The position numbers and the translations under genes were made by a program. From Felis catus (lineage: Eukaryota), in assembly GCF_018350175.1 (NCBI RefSeq), contig NC_058368.1:13144001-13208000 (forward strand): a DNA stretch of 64,000 nucleotides, read 5' to 3'. Numbering within the stretch: position 1 is the first letter of the stretch; the number at the start of each line of letters is the position of its first letter. Shown here piece after piece: positions 24,682-37,221 of this stretch. The notes beneath the pieces are model-generated. The model had not been told where the DNA came from. It did no database searches and saw nothing but the letters and a program-made list of their open reading frames with translations.

Positions 24682-24831
24682 TATGATGCTTGTAGAGTTG
24701 GAGTTTCTGGTGGTGTTCTCTGGTCCTAATCTTTGTTACTTTTGGTATGTATGTATGTATATATGTATGTATGTATGCATGTACGTATTTATGTATGTAT
24801 GTATTTATTTATATTTTCATCTTTTCTCCCC

Positions 24832-25699
24832 TCAGAGAGTCCCCCTTAAAATTTCTTGCAGGGCTGGTTAGTAGTCATAAACTCCTTTAATTTTTTTTGT
24901 CTGGGAAACTATATTTCTCTTATTTTGAATGACAGCCTTGCTGGATAAAGAATTCTTGGCTGCATATTTTTCTGATTCAGCACATTGAATATATCCTGCT
25001 ACTCCTTTCTGGCCTGCCAAGTTCCTGTGGATAGGACTGCTGCAAACCTGATCTGTCTTCCCTTGTAGGTTAGGGACTTTTTTCCCTTGCTGCTCTCAAG
25101 AATCTCTTCTTGCCTGAATATTTTGTGAATTTGATTATGATATGCCTTGTTGATGGTCGGTTTTTGTTGAATCTAATGGGGTCCTCTGTGCTTCCTGGAT
25201 TTTGATGTCTGTGTCTTTCCCCAGGTTAGGAAAGTTTTCTGCTATGATTTGCTCACATAACCCTTCTACCACTATTTCTCTCTCTTCCTCTTCTGGGACC
25301 CCTATGATTCTGATGTTCCTTTTTAATAAGACTGATTTCTCTAATTCTTAAATAGTGCTCTTTTGCCTTAATCTCCCTCTTTTTTTCTGCTTCATTATTC
25401 TCCATAAGTTTGTCCTCTATACTGCTGATTCTGTGTTCTGCCTCATCTATCCTTGCTGTGGCGGCATCCATCCATGATTGCAGCTCAGTTATAGCATTTT
25501 TTATTTCATCCTGACTAGTTTTTACTTCTTTTATCTCTGCAGAAAGGGATTCTAATCTATTTTTGACTCCAGCTAGTATTCTTATTATCGTGATTTTAAA
25601 TTCTGGTTCAGACATCTTGCTTATATCTGTGTTGGTTAAATCCCTGGCTGTCATTTCTTCATGCGCTTTCCTTTGGGGTGAATTTCTTCCTTTCATCAT
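24832..25699 (-). pseudogene. L1 ORF1 (coiled-coil RNA-binding protein), frameshifted
   Basis: MMKGRNSPQRK...EIKNAITELQSWMDAATARIDEAEHRISSIEDK coiled coil; C-terminus LQEILRGTL* with the stop at 24832-24834 in another frame. Confidence 0.9.
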
Positions 25700-26295
25700 T
25701 TTGAAGGGAGAAAATGAATTAATGAGCTAGAAAAATTAAAATAAAAAACTAAAATTAGAAACAAAATTAAAAAATTAAAAACACACACACACATACAAAA
25801 ATCGAATAAATGATTTAGATCCTAGGTGTGTTTTGGTCTGGGTGTTGAGAGTGGTTTGATAGATTAGAGAAAAAAGTGGGAAAAAAAATAAATAAAAAGA
25901 AATCCTTTGAGAATTTTAAAAAATGAATACACTGAAGTAGACTAAAATAAAATGATGGAAGTAAAATAGAATTTGAAAAAAATTTACACAAAAGTAAAAA
26001 ATATAGTAAAAAATATTAAAGAAAAATATTTTTAATAAAAATGGAAAATAAAAATGATTTTCTCTTTCTGTATTCAAGAAAAAGAAAAGAAGTGAAAAAG
26101 AGGAAAAAAAAGAAAGAAAATTGAATACATGGACCTGCTAACAGATTGAAATATGACTGAAATTACTTGATTTTCCCCTAGAAGTCAGACTATGATGCGC
26201 TTTTTAGTCCATAAACTAAGCGGGCGGTGAAACTTGTGTTCTTGAAGAGCGAGGTTGGCCCAGTTGGGCGGAGCTTAGTGTTATGGCTCCGTTCT

Positions 26296-26310
26296 CCACT
26301 AGATGGCGCT
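26296..26310 (+). promoter_or_regulatory. CTCF core-motif match within the L1 5' UTR
   Basis: CCACTAGATGGCGCT matches the CCASYAGRKGGCRS consensus; binding not shown. Confidence 0.45.
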
Positions 26311-27459
26311 GCTAGCCTACTTGGGTGGAGTGTGGTGGCGCTGGTAGGTGCACATGTGCGGGAGCGGTGAAAATGGCGTCACAGCTACCCAGTCTCTAAT
26401 ATCAGAACTCTGTTCTCTCTGATCAGCAGTCATGCACCTGTCCTCTGTCTTCAGCTTTCATCCACTCCCCGCTTTTTCACTATCTGTGACCAAGCCCCAG
26501 GCAGTACCTCTCTCCCAAGTTTTGTCTCAGATGGGGCTGTTTTCCCCAACCCCTTACTTCTGAAGGACTGGCTTTGACCTGTTCCTGCCCCTCTGCAGGA
26601 GGGCTCAGCGAGCAATGGCCAAATGTCAGCTGTACCCAGGAATGCCTGCTGGACCCTGCTGCTGCCAGTGCCCTGAGACTGTGGCCAGGTCCCAGCCGCC
26701 CCAGAAAAAGTTCATGAGATAGTGTAGCAGCAGTGTTTCAGGGATTATGGAAACTCACGACACACATCTGGCACCAGGCTTCACCCTCAATGACCTTGTT
26801 CCAGCACCAGCGAATGTGGCCGTTTTCTGGGGTCTGCTCAGACCAGGTGGCCTCAACAGTCTACCAAATGTCCTTCCAGCAGTGGAACTGCTTTTCCTCA
26901 TTTGACCCAAGAACCTCCCAGACCCCGCTCTGCTCCTGGGGATTTGCCCTTCCCACCAGAGCACCCCCAGGTATTGAGCTGTGGAGTTGCAGACTCTGTG
27001 CTCCCCTTGTTTACAGTCTTAATGGAATCTAAACCCTCTCCTTTCTCCTTTCTCCCTTTTTAGTTTAGTCCCTGTGGCTGTTTCCAATTTTCCACTTTCT
27101 CTTCAGCTGCTTTTGGGGAGGGGTGCTTTTCCTGTATTCTTATCACCCCTCATCTCTGTCCTCTCTCCGCCCATAAAAGCGGCTCCCTGCCTGCTGGGGC
27201 TTCTCACTCCCCAACTTTACCTCTCCTCACCGTGTACCTGCTGAATTCTGTGGTTCAGGTTGTGCAGATTGCTGTGTTAATCCTCCAATCAGTTTTCTAG
27301 ATGTGCAGGATGGTTTAGTGTTGGTCTGGCTGTATTTCATGGACACGAGACACAAAAAACTTCCATGCTATTCCGACATCTTGGCTTCCTTCTCCATAAC
27401 TGTGTAATTTTAAACAACAATTGGCTCAGCTGCAATCCTGTTTTACAATTTACTTCCTT

Positions 27460-27671
27460 TTTAAAAGAAATCTTTACTTATTTATTTTTGAGAGAGAGAA
27501 TACAAGCAGGGAAGGGGCAGGGAGAGAGAGAGGGAGGCAGAGAATCTGAAGCAGGCTCCAGGCTCCAAGCTGTCAGTGCAGACCCCAACGTGGGGCTTGA
27601 ACCCACAAACCATGAGATCATGACCTGACCCTAAGTCAGAGGCCTAACTGACTGAGCCACCCAGGTGCCCC
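27460..27671 (-). mobile_element. CanSINE (first of three stacked)
   Basis: SINEC body flanked by tacaatttacttc and tacagtttacttc. Confidence 0.93.
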
Positions 27672-27689
27672 TACAGTTTACTTCTTTTT

Positions 27690-27914
27690 ATTTTCTTTAA
27701 AATTTTTAACATTTATTTATTTTTGAGAGACAAACAGAGAGACAGAGTGTGAGTGGGGGAGGGGCATAGAGAGAAGGGGACACAGAATCCGAAGCAAGGT
27801 CCAGGGTCTGAGCCATCAGCACAGAGCCCGACACAGGGCTCGAATTCATGAACTGCCAGATCATGACCCGGGCTGAAATTGGATGCTTAACCAACTGAGC
27901 CACCCAGGTGCCCC
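27690..27914 (-). mobile_element. CanSINE (inserted in the tail of the next SINE)
   Basis: SINEC body whose head abuts the A-rich tail of the element at 27915-28133. Confidence 0.93.
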
Positions 27915-28133
27915 ATGTTTGTTTATTTTTTGAGAGAGAGAGAAAGAGAGAGTGTAAGTGAGCACAAGTGGGGGAGGGGCAGAGAGAGAGAGAGGGAGAG
28001 AGAGTATCTCAAGCAGGTTCCACCCTGTCAATGCAGAACCCCATGTGAGGCTCAAACCCGTGAACTTTGAGATCGTGACCTGAGATGAAACCAAGGGTCT
28101 GACACTTAACTGACTGAGCCACCCAGGTGCCCC
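27915..28133 (-). mobile_element. CanSINE (third of three stacked)
   Basis: SINEC body followed by tacaatttacctctttt. Confidence 0.93.
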
Positions 28134-30774
28134 TACAATTTACCTCTTTATTTAACCATATATCATGAACATGCCAATGCCATTAAGTATTCTTTTATAG
28201 CTTATTTTGTAATTGTTGTGCAGCATTTGATCACACAGATACCTCATGATTTATTTAGGTTATTTCCAACATTTTGCTCTTATGAAAGCTCTCTTATAAA
28301 CTTTCCCATAGTTACTTTCACCTATAATTATAATTACTGTTGGTGGGATAAATTTCTAGAAGTAAATTTTTCTGCATCAAAGAATATATGTACATTAAAA
28401 AAATTATTTGAGCTTGCAAATTTCGCTATAGAAATGAGCAGTTTAAACAGCAGTGTTTAAGAAGGCCCAACATGGAGGCTTGTGAGTGTATGTGTGAATG
28501 TGTTGGTATTTTTTGTTACTTTTCTAGCATGTGGCTCTTTTTTAAGTTACATGGCAAATACATGTTGTCTTAGGAAATTTCAGAAATCTCTAATACAGAA
28601 TTAATTTACTCTTTCCTTTTCTATTCCATCCATTGGAAGTAGCCAATATTAGCAGTTCACTTTGACTCCCTCTAAAGCATCCTCAATGCCTATGTCTGGG
28701 TCTTTTCTGATTGAACAGTTGACAAATGATATCTTGTTGCTTTAGTTAGATTTTTTTGGACATACTAGTGAGGCTAAAACATTTCTTTATTGGCCTTGGT
28801 AATTTGCATTTTTCTTTTGTTGGTTGCTGGTTCATTTTTTGTTGTTGTTATTGTTGGTCATTAACCTTATGTTATTAAACAGTCATCATTTTTAGATAAT
28901 CCAGCTTCAGTATTGTTCATAACCTTTACATTTGAGTTTACTTCCCTTGGGTTGCACAAAATATCTTTTCTGCATACTGTTTGACAACACAACCTAGGTT
29001 TGAGGAATAAAAGATATTTTAATACAGATCTAGGACCGTTCCAAAAATATCTTTTGATTACAAACGATTTCAAGTCCCAAGTCCCATTTATTTCAAATAA
29101 AATTCCATGTCACTTAATTCCAATACACTGAAAGTATTTAAGATATACCCAATATTATTGTAATAAGATTTTATCTATATTAGAAAAATTCATAAAAGTG
29201 TACTCAAAAGACAGTATCAATTTTGTATTTTTACATTATTTCTTCTCTTGGATATTTTACACATCTGTTAATATTCTTTGGTTATAAGTACACAATCTTT
29301 GACTGGTATTAAACCTGAAAGAGTTTATAGACTTTCTAAAATTGCACAGGCACAAAACTAGGAGTAAAATGTATACTGTGAGAGACTGATGTATTTCCTC
29401 CTAGTGTAGCGACGAAGCAAATGTAAGAAGGCATGGTGCAGTTTCAGATGGTGGATTTCCCTTTTGGTGCTTTGATTTTTAAAACTCCAAAGTGTCTATG
29501 CAAAGAGCTTCAGATTTAAAGAGATGAAAGGTAACAGGCAGAGCTTAGCAGAGTTAGCTTTCAAAGAGGTTTTTGTTGTGCTCTTTTTCCTTTTTCCTGG
29601 AAATGGGTTATAGAATCTAGCTTGAAGTTTTATAAATCTGTGCTGAAGACAAGGAAATTAAGGGGTAGTCCATTCTTTATTGATCAGGCTATCTCTTCCT
29701 CTGGCTGCATCAATCTGCACCAGGGTTTTCTCTCATTTTTTATATACTGCATGCTAGACTCCCCTCAACATATCTTCCTTTTTACTTTTTTTTTAATACT
29801 AGGGCTGATACTATTTAATACTATTTACTGATAAGAGTTATTGATTTCAAATGTGTAAAAGACAGGAGTGTTTACTGTCAATGACTAGGAGATAATTCAA
29901 ATTCAGCACAGAGAGAAATGGGATCACAGACCCCAGTGCTGAAAACAACCAAGAAGAAAGCTGGGAGAACAAGTTGTATTCAGCTTTGGAAATTAAGAAA
30001 TCTTATGAACACAGTGAGTGAGAAGAATACCAAGCCCCTGAATGGGAGGAGGCAACCACAATTTCAAATATATCTGTTAAAAGTATCATGTAGGTACAAA
30101 GGCATTATGAGATTATTTTTAGTACTTGTCTGTATGTCTATAACATTTCATAATGAAAATAAAATAATTTTTAAAATGTGTATAAGGAAAAAGGGAAAGA
30201 ATGTTGATGATAATGTTTTCCCAATAGCAACCTTCAATCAGATAGGGCATCTCTTGGTAATCTCTTCTTGATAATAACTGAGCTCATGCTCAATGCTGTC
30301 ATTTTTTTTCTCCTCTCAGCAAGGCCATGTTTCCCCCTCTCACGACTGCAGCATCCCTTGGAAGTCACACATGAGAACAATCTCAGTATAACTACAGCTG
30401 AGAAAATTAATTAGGACATGTTTAAAGCCTAATGGAAACTAGGCCAACCCTAAAGCAAACCATTACCCCAGAGAAAGGAGGAAATAATAAGTGTAGTTAA
30501 GAGGTAGACTAAACCCAAAGATTGGGATCAAGAACTCTAGTTCCTTGGAAGACACCCACTGCTCTCAGCCTGTGTAGAAGGCAGAAAAGTAATCTCCATT
30601 TAGCCAATACATAGCCATATGGTCTTCTGTTGTCCAACAGACCCTCCAGTCATCTACCAGCAATGGGATGATTCACCATATGGGAAATATTTATTTGAAT
30701 GTGTAAGATTTTATAATTAGAGAAAATAACAGTTTAATTTCTTCATGGGCTTAGTATTTAAGTGTTTTAAAAAT

Positions 30775-32945
30775 ACACTGCTTTATGCTTTTTGTGTCTT
30801 ATCTAAGAAAATCTTAGCTTACCCAAAGCTTGTAAAGATTTTCTGTTTACTTTTAGAGGTTTCATGGCTTTAACTCTATGGTTAGGTCTATATTGTGTTC
30901 TGAATTAATTTCTATATATGGTGTACTATAAGACATATGGGTTTTTTATTTTGTTTGTTTGTTTGTTTTGTTTTATTTTTCCCAATTGGATATCCAGTTG
31001 TTCCACCATCATTTGTTGAAAAGTCTACTTTTTTCCCTAATAGAACTACTTTGGCACCATTGTTGAAAATGTATGACCATAAATGTGTGGGTCTACTGGA
31101 CTCAATTTTGCTTCATCGATACATATGCTCATTCTTATTCCATCAGAACTAAAAATGTTTGCTGTCTGAATGATGCTATTAAGAAAATCGAAACACAAGT
31201 CACAGACTGGAGAAGAAAATATTCACAGTGCACATATATAAAAAAGGACACATACCTTGAATATATAAAGAACTCCCACAATTCAGTAAGAAGAAGAAAA
31301 AGACCCAACAAAAAGAGACAAAATATTTTAACAGAAATGACACGGAGGAGATATGCATAGGAAATGATGCTCAATATCATTAGTCCTTAGAGAAATAAAA
31401 TCTGGAATGAGATGTTACTGCACACCCACTGGAATGACTAAAGTTGAAAATCTTGATAATAGGTGTTGGTAAGGATTCAGATTGAGTTTTGAATATTAAT
31501 CATAATTAATTTTTTCTTGCACACACATAGTGTTCTGGATCAGAAGACAGATTTGTTTATTATTTACATAATAATAACTCTAGCGGGCCTTCTTGCCTCA
31601 TTGATTACTGATGTTGCAATGCAATGAAAGCCAGATGGAAAAATTTCCTATACAAGAGATAGATAAACATGGATTTTCTCTGCCTGTTTACAGAGTAAAG
31701 TCAGCTATCTCTCCTTCTATCACAGGAGAGAGAGAAAAGTCTTTTCTCCTTAGAGATGAGTTGGAAAGTATCCTTGGCTCTCATTCTAACTTTTTGAAAT
31801 GCAAATTAATCTGTTCAATGACCAGATAAGCCCCTTTGTCTCAAGCTTTTATAATCTAGAGATGTCTTCAAAATCATAGGCTTTATTTTCCCTTAAATGT
31901 AAACATACACATCCAGAGTTAGATAATTCTCTCTGGAGTTCTCTCACTACCAAATAGTTGTAAATTAACTTCCCAAAGCTAGTTCTCAGCTCAGGATCTC
32001 ACCTTTTTTAAAAGCCCCAATTTTGCAGAAACACAGAAATATATTCTCTATAGCCCATAAGGTGGAATAATTGGAACTCATATACGGCTGGTGAGAGTGT
32101 AAAATGACACAACTACTTTGGAAAAGATTTTGGCAGAGTTTTTTGTTTTTGTTTTTAATAAAGTTACATATACAGTTACCATATGACCCAACAATCCCAA
32201 TCCTGAGTATTTACCTAAAAGGAATGAAAATATATTCACACAAAGACATATACACAAATACTATAACACTTTTATTTATTATAGCCAAAAATTAGAAATG
32301 ACTCAAATGTCCAGCAGCAGGTGAGGGGATCAATAAATTGGGTAAATAAATTTGAATAAAATGGAATATACCGCTCAGCAGTAAAAAGGAACCAAGTTAC
32401 TCATGCACTCAACATGTATGAATCTCAAAAACATTTTGCTGAGTTAAAGAAGCCAGACACAAAAAAGTACATATTGTATAATTGATGTTAAATCCATTGA
32501 TGTTAAATCCATTGATGTTAAATCATAGAAAAGGCAAAAGTAGCCTATAGTAACAGAAAGCAGGTCAGTGGTACTCTGGGGTCAGGTGTGGGAGTGGAGT
32601 TTGCAAAGGGGCTTGAGGAAAGCATTGGATTGGTGAAAACCTTCTACATCTTGATTGTGCTGGTGATTCCATTTGTCAGTGAATATTTACATTTGTGAGA
32701 ACTCATCAAAGTCTACCCTTAAATGCTCATCGAAGTTTGAGAAACACTGGTCTCAAATGTGAACACAGGCACAACTCAAGACATTCAGCACCCCCCAAAA
32801 ACAGAAAGGAACGCTTTGTTGAAACCTGGAACTCAAGCAAACACTATAACCAAGTCATTGTTCTCAAAGAATCTGAAGTTTTAAAAAAAATTCTACAGCT
32901 AAAATCTATGCATGTTATTGTTTATTAATTTTACTTCAGTAAAAT
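30775..32945. mobile_element. Old L1M with 5' inversion (30775-31140 minus, 31145-32945 plus) and two internal insertions
   Basis: The minus piece (gatatccagttgttccaccatcatttgttgaaaag) is the ORF2 segment just upstream of the plus piece (cacaagtcacagactggagaag...gttaccatatgacccaacaatccc). Confidence 0.7.
32481..32524. repeat. 15-bp tandem repeat, about 3 copies (attgatgttaaatcc)
   Basis: Three consecutive units, the last one base short. Confidence 0.95.
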
Positions 32946-33172
32946 TGATAAATTAATAATTTATTCTTTTGTATAATTTAGTGTAATTTTTTTAAAGTTA
33001 ATACTGGGCAACACAGTTACCAAGTTCCATCTTATAAAGTTGTACTTAATGGATTACAGTATCATGATGTATTGTCTAAAAATTAGGCAATGAATGGTCA
33101 AGATATAAATTATATTTAAAGTACCAAGGAATCATTCATTGGATTGCAAATGGCTATTTTGAGCCTTATATT

Positions 33173-33388
33173 AAAAAAAATTTTTTTAATGTTTATTTAT
33201 TTTTGAGAGAGACAGAGACAGAATGCGAGTGGGTTAGGGGCAGAGAGAGAGAGGGAGACACAGAATCTGAAGCAGGCTCCAGGCTCTGAGCTGTCAGCAC
33301 AGAGCCCAACGCAGGGCTCAAACTCACGAGCTGTGAGATCATGACCTGAGCCGAAGTCAGACGCTCAACTGAGTCACCCAGGCACCCC
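33173..33388 (-). mobile_element. CanSINE
   Basis: SINEC body; TSD gagcctta at 33161-33168 and 33389-33396. Confidence 0.94.
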
Positions 33389-34266
33389 GAGCCTTAGATT
33401 TAAGAGTAAACAAACAGACAAACAAAAATTGCTCATATTAGGAAGGTAATGAACTCTAGTGCTGGTTTGAATTTCAAAAACTACATGCAGGTATTATGGA
33501 TAAGAAGGAAAAAAATTTTAATATGTTAAGTTTACGATTAAACCCAGAAATTTAGTGCCTTCCTGTTTGGCTATTATTTAGGCTAAGGTTTTGAGGCCCA
33601 TGACATTGAAATGTAATAATATGGTTAGGGAGTAAGTGATAGAAATTTTCATATAAATAAGGACTAGTCAATATAAGTTCATATGACATCATGATCCAAG
33701 GAAAAATGCCCAATATTTGGTAACAATTCAAAAAAAGCAAGTGAACTCTATATTTTGAAGCCACCACAGTTGCAAAGAGCTTGATCTTTGATACCCACCT
33801 TTATGCTGGGAAATCTATAATGAAAAAAACAGGCCAGGCAAATAGATATCCTTGCTTCATTTTCATACAAAGCCATTCATGAGTTTGAAATAAATTGTTT
33901 TCCAACATTTTTCTCTCAAAACCTATCTTTGAAAGCTTCACATCCCAGCACACCCTTCGTTCAATTAACTGATGTATTGCAGTAAAACTAAACCACTAAA
34001 TACAAAAAGGGAAAGAACTTCTATATAATATGTTATGACACTGTAGCCTATTAAATAAAATTTTATGAGATTGAACATGGTAACTATGTTGCCAGTATTT
34101 AGTTGAAATATTTATACTAAATTATACTAACAGGTCTATGTGTTTTATATAAAGTTGGTGATTAAGCCTAGGATTATGATGTCTAAATGAATTTGGATGC
34201 CAGGTCCTTATCAGGATTTTCAACCTTATACAGTAATTTTTTTCTATGAGAAAATTATGTGCTATA

Positions 34267-34464
34267 TTTTTTTTAATTTTAGAGAGAGTGGGAGAGAGAG
34301 TGTGCCAGTTGGGGAGAGGGGCAGGGGGATAGAGAGAGAATCTTAAGCAGGTTCCACGCTCAGCATGGAGCCCACTGTGGGGCTCAATCCTATGACCCTG
34401 GAATCATGACCTGAGCTGAAATCAAGAGTTGGATGCTCAACCAACTGAGCCACCCAGGTGCCCC
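34267..34464 (-). mobile_element. CanSINE
   Basis: SINEC body ending gagccacccaggtgcccc. Confidence 0.92.
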
Positions 34465-34489
34465 TAGATGCTATGTTTTAAATGTTATT

Positions 34490-36190
34490 TGATTTCAACA
34501 AATGGTATTGGGACAAATAGATATCCACATACAAATGAATGAAATTGGTTGGAATTTTACCTCATGCCATACATATAAATTAGCTCAACATGAATCAATT
34601 TCCTGAACATAAAGGCTAAATGTATAGAATCTTCTGAAGTAAACTTAGAATTACATCATCATGACTTTGGATTTGGTAAGGGATTCCTATATATGACGCC
34701 AAAAGCACAAACAACAACAAAAAATTATAGATAAATTGGATTTCATCAGAATTAAAAACTTTTTTTGCTTCAAAGTACAATATCAAGGAGATTAAAAGAC
34801 AGCACACAGAATGGGATATAATATTTGAAAGTCGTATCCAATAAGGGGCTATCTCTAGAATATATAAACTACTCTTACAATTGAAAAAAAAATGGACAGA
34901 GGATCTGAAGGACATTTCTCCAAAAAAGGCATAGAAAATGGCCAATAAGTCTACATAAAGAGGCTCGACATCGTTTGTCATTAGGAAAATGCACATCAAA
35001 ACACAATGAGTGAGAGGTACAAACTTTCCAGGGATGAAAAGTACAGCACGGGAAATAGAGTCAATAACATTGCAATAACTTTGTATGATGAATGATGGTA
35101 ACTACACTTATGGTGAGCACTGAATAATGTAGAATAGAATAAAATTGTCAAACCAAAAAACAAAAAAAAAAATCCCCAAACCACCTGCAATGAAATACCA
35201 CTTTACATCCATGAGGAAGGGTATAATAAAAAAGAAAATAACGAGAAGTGTTGATGAAGATGTGAAGAAATCAGGACCCTCTTGCACTGCTGGTGGGAAT
35301 GTAAAATTATACAGCCACTTTGGAAAACAGTCTGATACCTTTATAAAAAGTAAAACGTAGAATTGCCATTTGACCCAGAAATTCCACTGCTAGGAATGAC
35401 CAAAGACTAATGAAAACATCTCTACACCCAAACTTTTCATGAATGTTCTAAGCAGCATTATTCAGAATAGCCAAAATATGGAAACAACCCATTACCTCTG
35501 AACTGATGAATGGATAAATGAAAGTAGTCTATTCATACAATGGAATATTACTCAGCCATTAAAAGAAGAGCAGTTTTGCCGCATGCTACATCAATGGATG
35601 AAACTTGAAAACATCATGTGAAATGAAAGAAGCAGTCACCAAAGACCACTTATTATATTATTCCATTTATATGAAATGTCCAGATTAGGAAAATATATAA
35701 AATAACTTATAAAGACAAAAAGTAGAATAGTGGTTGTTTAGGACTTACAGGGAGGGTATGGAAAGCTTGATGGTTACAGAAAATAGTGGTTGCTTTTTGG
35801 GTGATGAAAATGTTCTAAAATTTACTGTGGCAATGATTGTACAACTCTGAATATATTAAAAATTACTGATTAAAAAAAGTCACGGGGCTCCTGGGTGGCT
35901 TAGTCAGTCAAGTGTCCGACTTTTAACTTTGATTCAGGTCATGATCTCATGGTTTGGAAATTTGAGCCCCATGTCTGGCTCTGTACTGAGAGTGTGGAGG
36001 CTGCTTGGGGTTCTCTCACTCTCCCTCCCTCTCTCTCTCTGCCCCTTTCCCACTAGCTCTCTTTTTCTCTGTCTCAAAATAAATAAGTAAACTTAAAAAA
36101 AGAGAAAATGGTAGTCTTCAAAAATAATTGAATTATACATGTTTAAATGGGTAAATTATACAGTTCATGAATTATATTTCAATTATCTGT
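34490..36190 (+). mobile_element. Old L1M ORF2 end and 3' UTR, with a nested short L1 3' fragment (about 35005-35145) and a SINE
   Basis: ttcaacaaatggtattgggacaa...ctggtgggaatgtaaaat...gatgaatggataaatg...gggtgatgaaaatgttctaaaa. Confidence 0.8.
35884..36100 (+). mobile_element. CanSINE
   Basis: ggggctcctgggtggcttagtcagtc head, (CT)n tract, aaataaataag tail. Confidence 0.92.
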
Positions 36191-36327
36191 TAAAAATAAT
36201 TTTTATCTGCATTATTTTGATTTATAATACTTTTCTGGTACAGTAACTCTATATAAGTACAAGGCTGGCCTATATGTCCATGAATTTTTTTTTAATGCTG
36301 TAAGTTTGAGACATTCACATGTATTTT

Positions 36328-36544
36328 AAAATTTTTTTTTAACATTTATTTATTTGTGAGACAGAGAGAGACAGAGCATGAACAGGGGAGGGGCAGAGAG
36401 AGAGGGAGACACAGAATCGGAAACAGGCTCCAGGCTCTGAGTGGTCAGCACAGAGCCCGACGCAGGGCTCGAACTCACGGACCGTGAGATCATGACCTGA
36501 GCCGAAGTCAGACGCTTTAACCGACCGAGCCACCCAGGCGCCCC
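36328..36544 (-). mobile_element. CanSINE (CpG-rich, young)
   Basis: TSD tcacatgtatttt at 36315-36327 and 36545-36557. Confidence 0.96.
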
Positions 36545-37013
36545 TCACATGTATTTTTTAAAATTATTAAACATTAATTACGATAGAGAATTTTTCAAAA
36601 GGTAGATGTATTAAGGATTTGTGACATTTAGGCTATGGTACATATGAGTTCTAGTTGAATACAGCCTTTGTTGAGTTGTGATAAAGTATCTCATGGTGAC
36701 TGTGGTGCCCAAATGTTTAGCTTTCATGAAAAAAGTAGAAATTTCTACCTTGTTTTCAGCATACTGTTATATGATGTAATTGCCCATGGAGAGAATATAG
36801 AATGTAGATAGCCATTGGACTACGATAAGATTCTAGAATGGAGTAACTCATGTTTCATGGCAATACCTACGAACATGCACAAACAAAAATTATCTTTGTC
36901 CTGCCTTTTTGGGTGGTCCTTATAAAACCCCCACACCTATGACGTGATCATGGGCAACTTCATGAGTCAAGTTACAAATGGATCTACGATGGACTTAAAA
37001 GACCAATATTATC

Positions 37014-37221
37014 AGGGAGCCTGGGTGGCTCAGTCGGTTAAGCTTCCAGCTCTCAATTTCGGCTCAGGTCAAGATCTCATGGGTTGGTAAGTTCAAGCCC
37101 TGAGTCGGGCTCTGCGCTGACAACATGGAGCCTGCTTGGGATTCTCTCTGTCCCCGTCTCTCTGCCTGTCCCCCGCTGGCACTCTCTCTCTTTCAAAACA
37201 AATAAATTAACAACAACAAAA
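37014..37221 (+). mobile_element. CanSINE
   Basis: TSD aaaagaccaata(t/g)tatc at 36997-37013 and 37222-37238. Confidence 0.94.

Larger units (their letters stand above)
20531..27394 (-). mobile_element. Full-length carnivore/felid LINE-1 (6.86 kb), inactivated
   Basis: 5' end GAGAAGGAAGCCAAGATGTCGG, 1.7-kb 5' UTR, ORF1, ORF2, 3' UTR and A-rich tail. Perfect 17-bp TSD cataactgtgtaatttt (20514-20530, 27395-27411) in a TT/AAAA endonuclease context. Confidence 0.97.

Noticed and set aside
29050..29560. 3'-UTR-like AT-rich segment with a minus-strand AATAAA
   Set aside because: No poly-A tail, TSD or coding part to support a retrocopy or terminal exon.
30775..31470. Orientation switch in the old L1
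   Set aside because: Ordinary twin-priming 5' inversion; recorded as a feature, not novel.
32481..32524. Short direct-repeat array
   Set aside because: Plain tandem repeat with no spacers; not CRISPR-like, and the DNA is mammalian.
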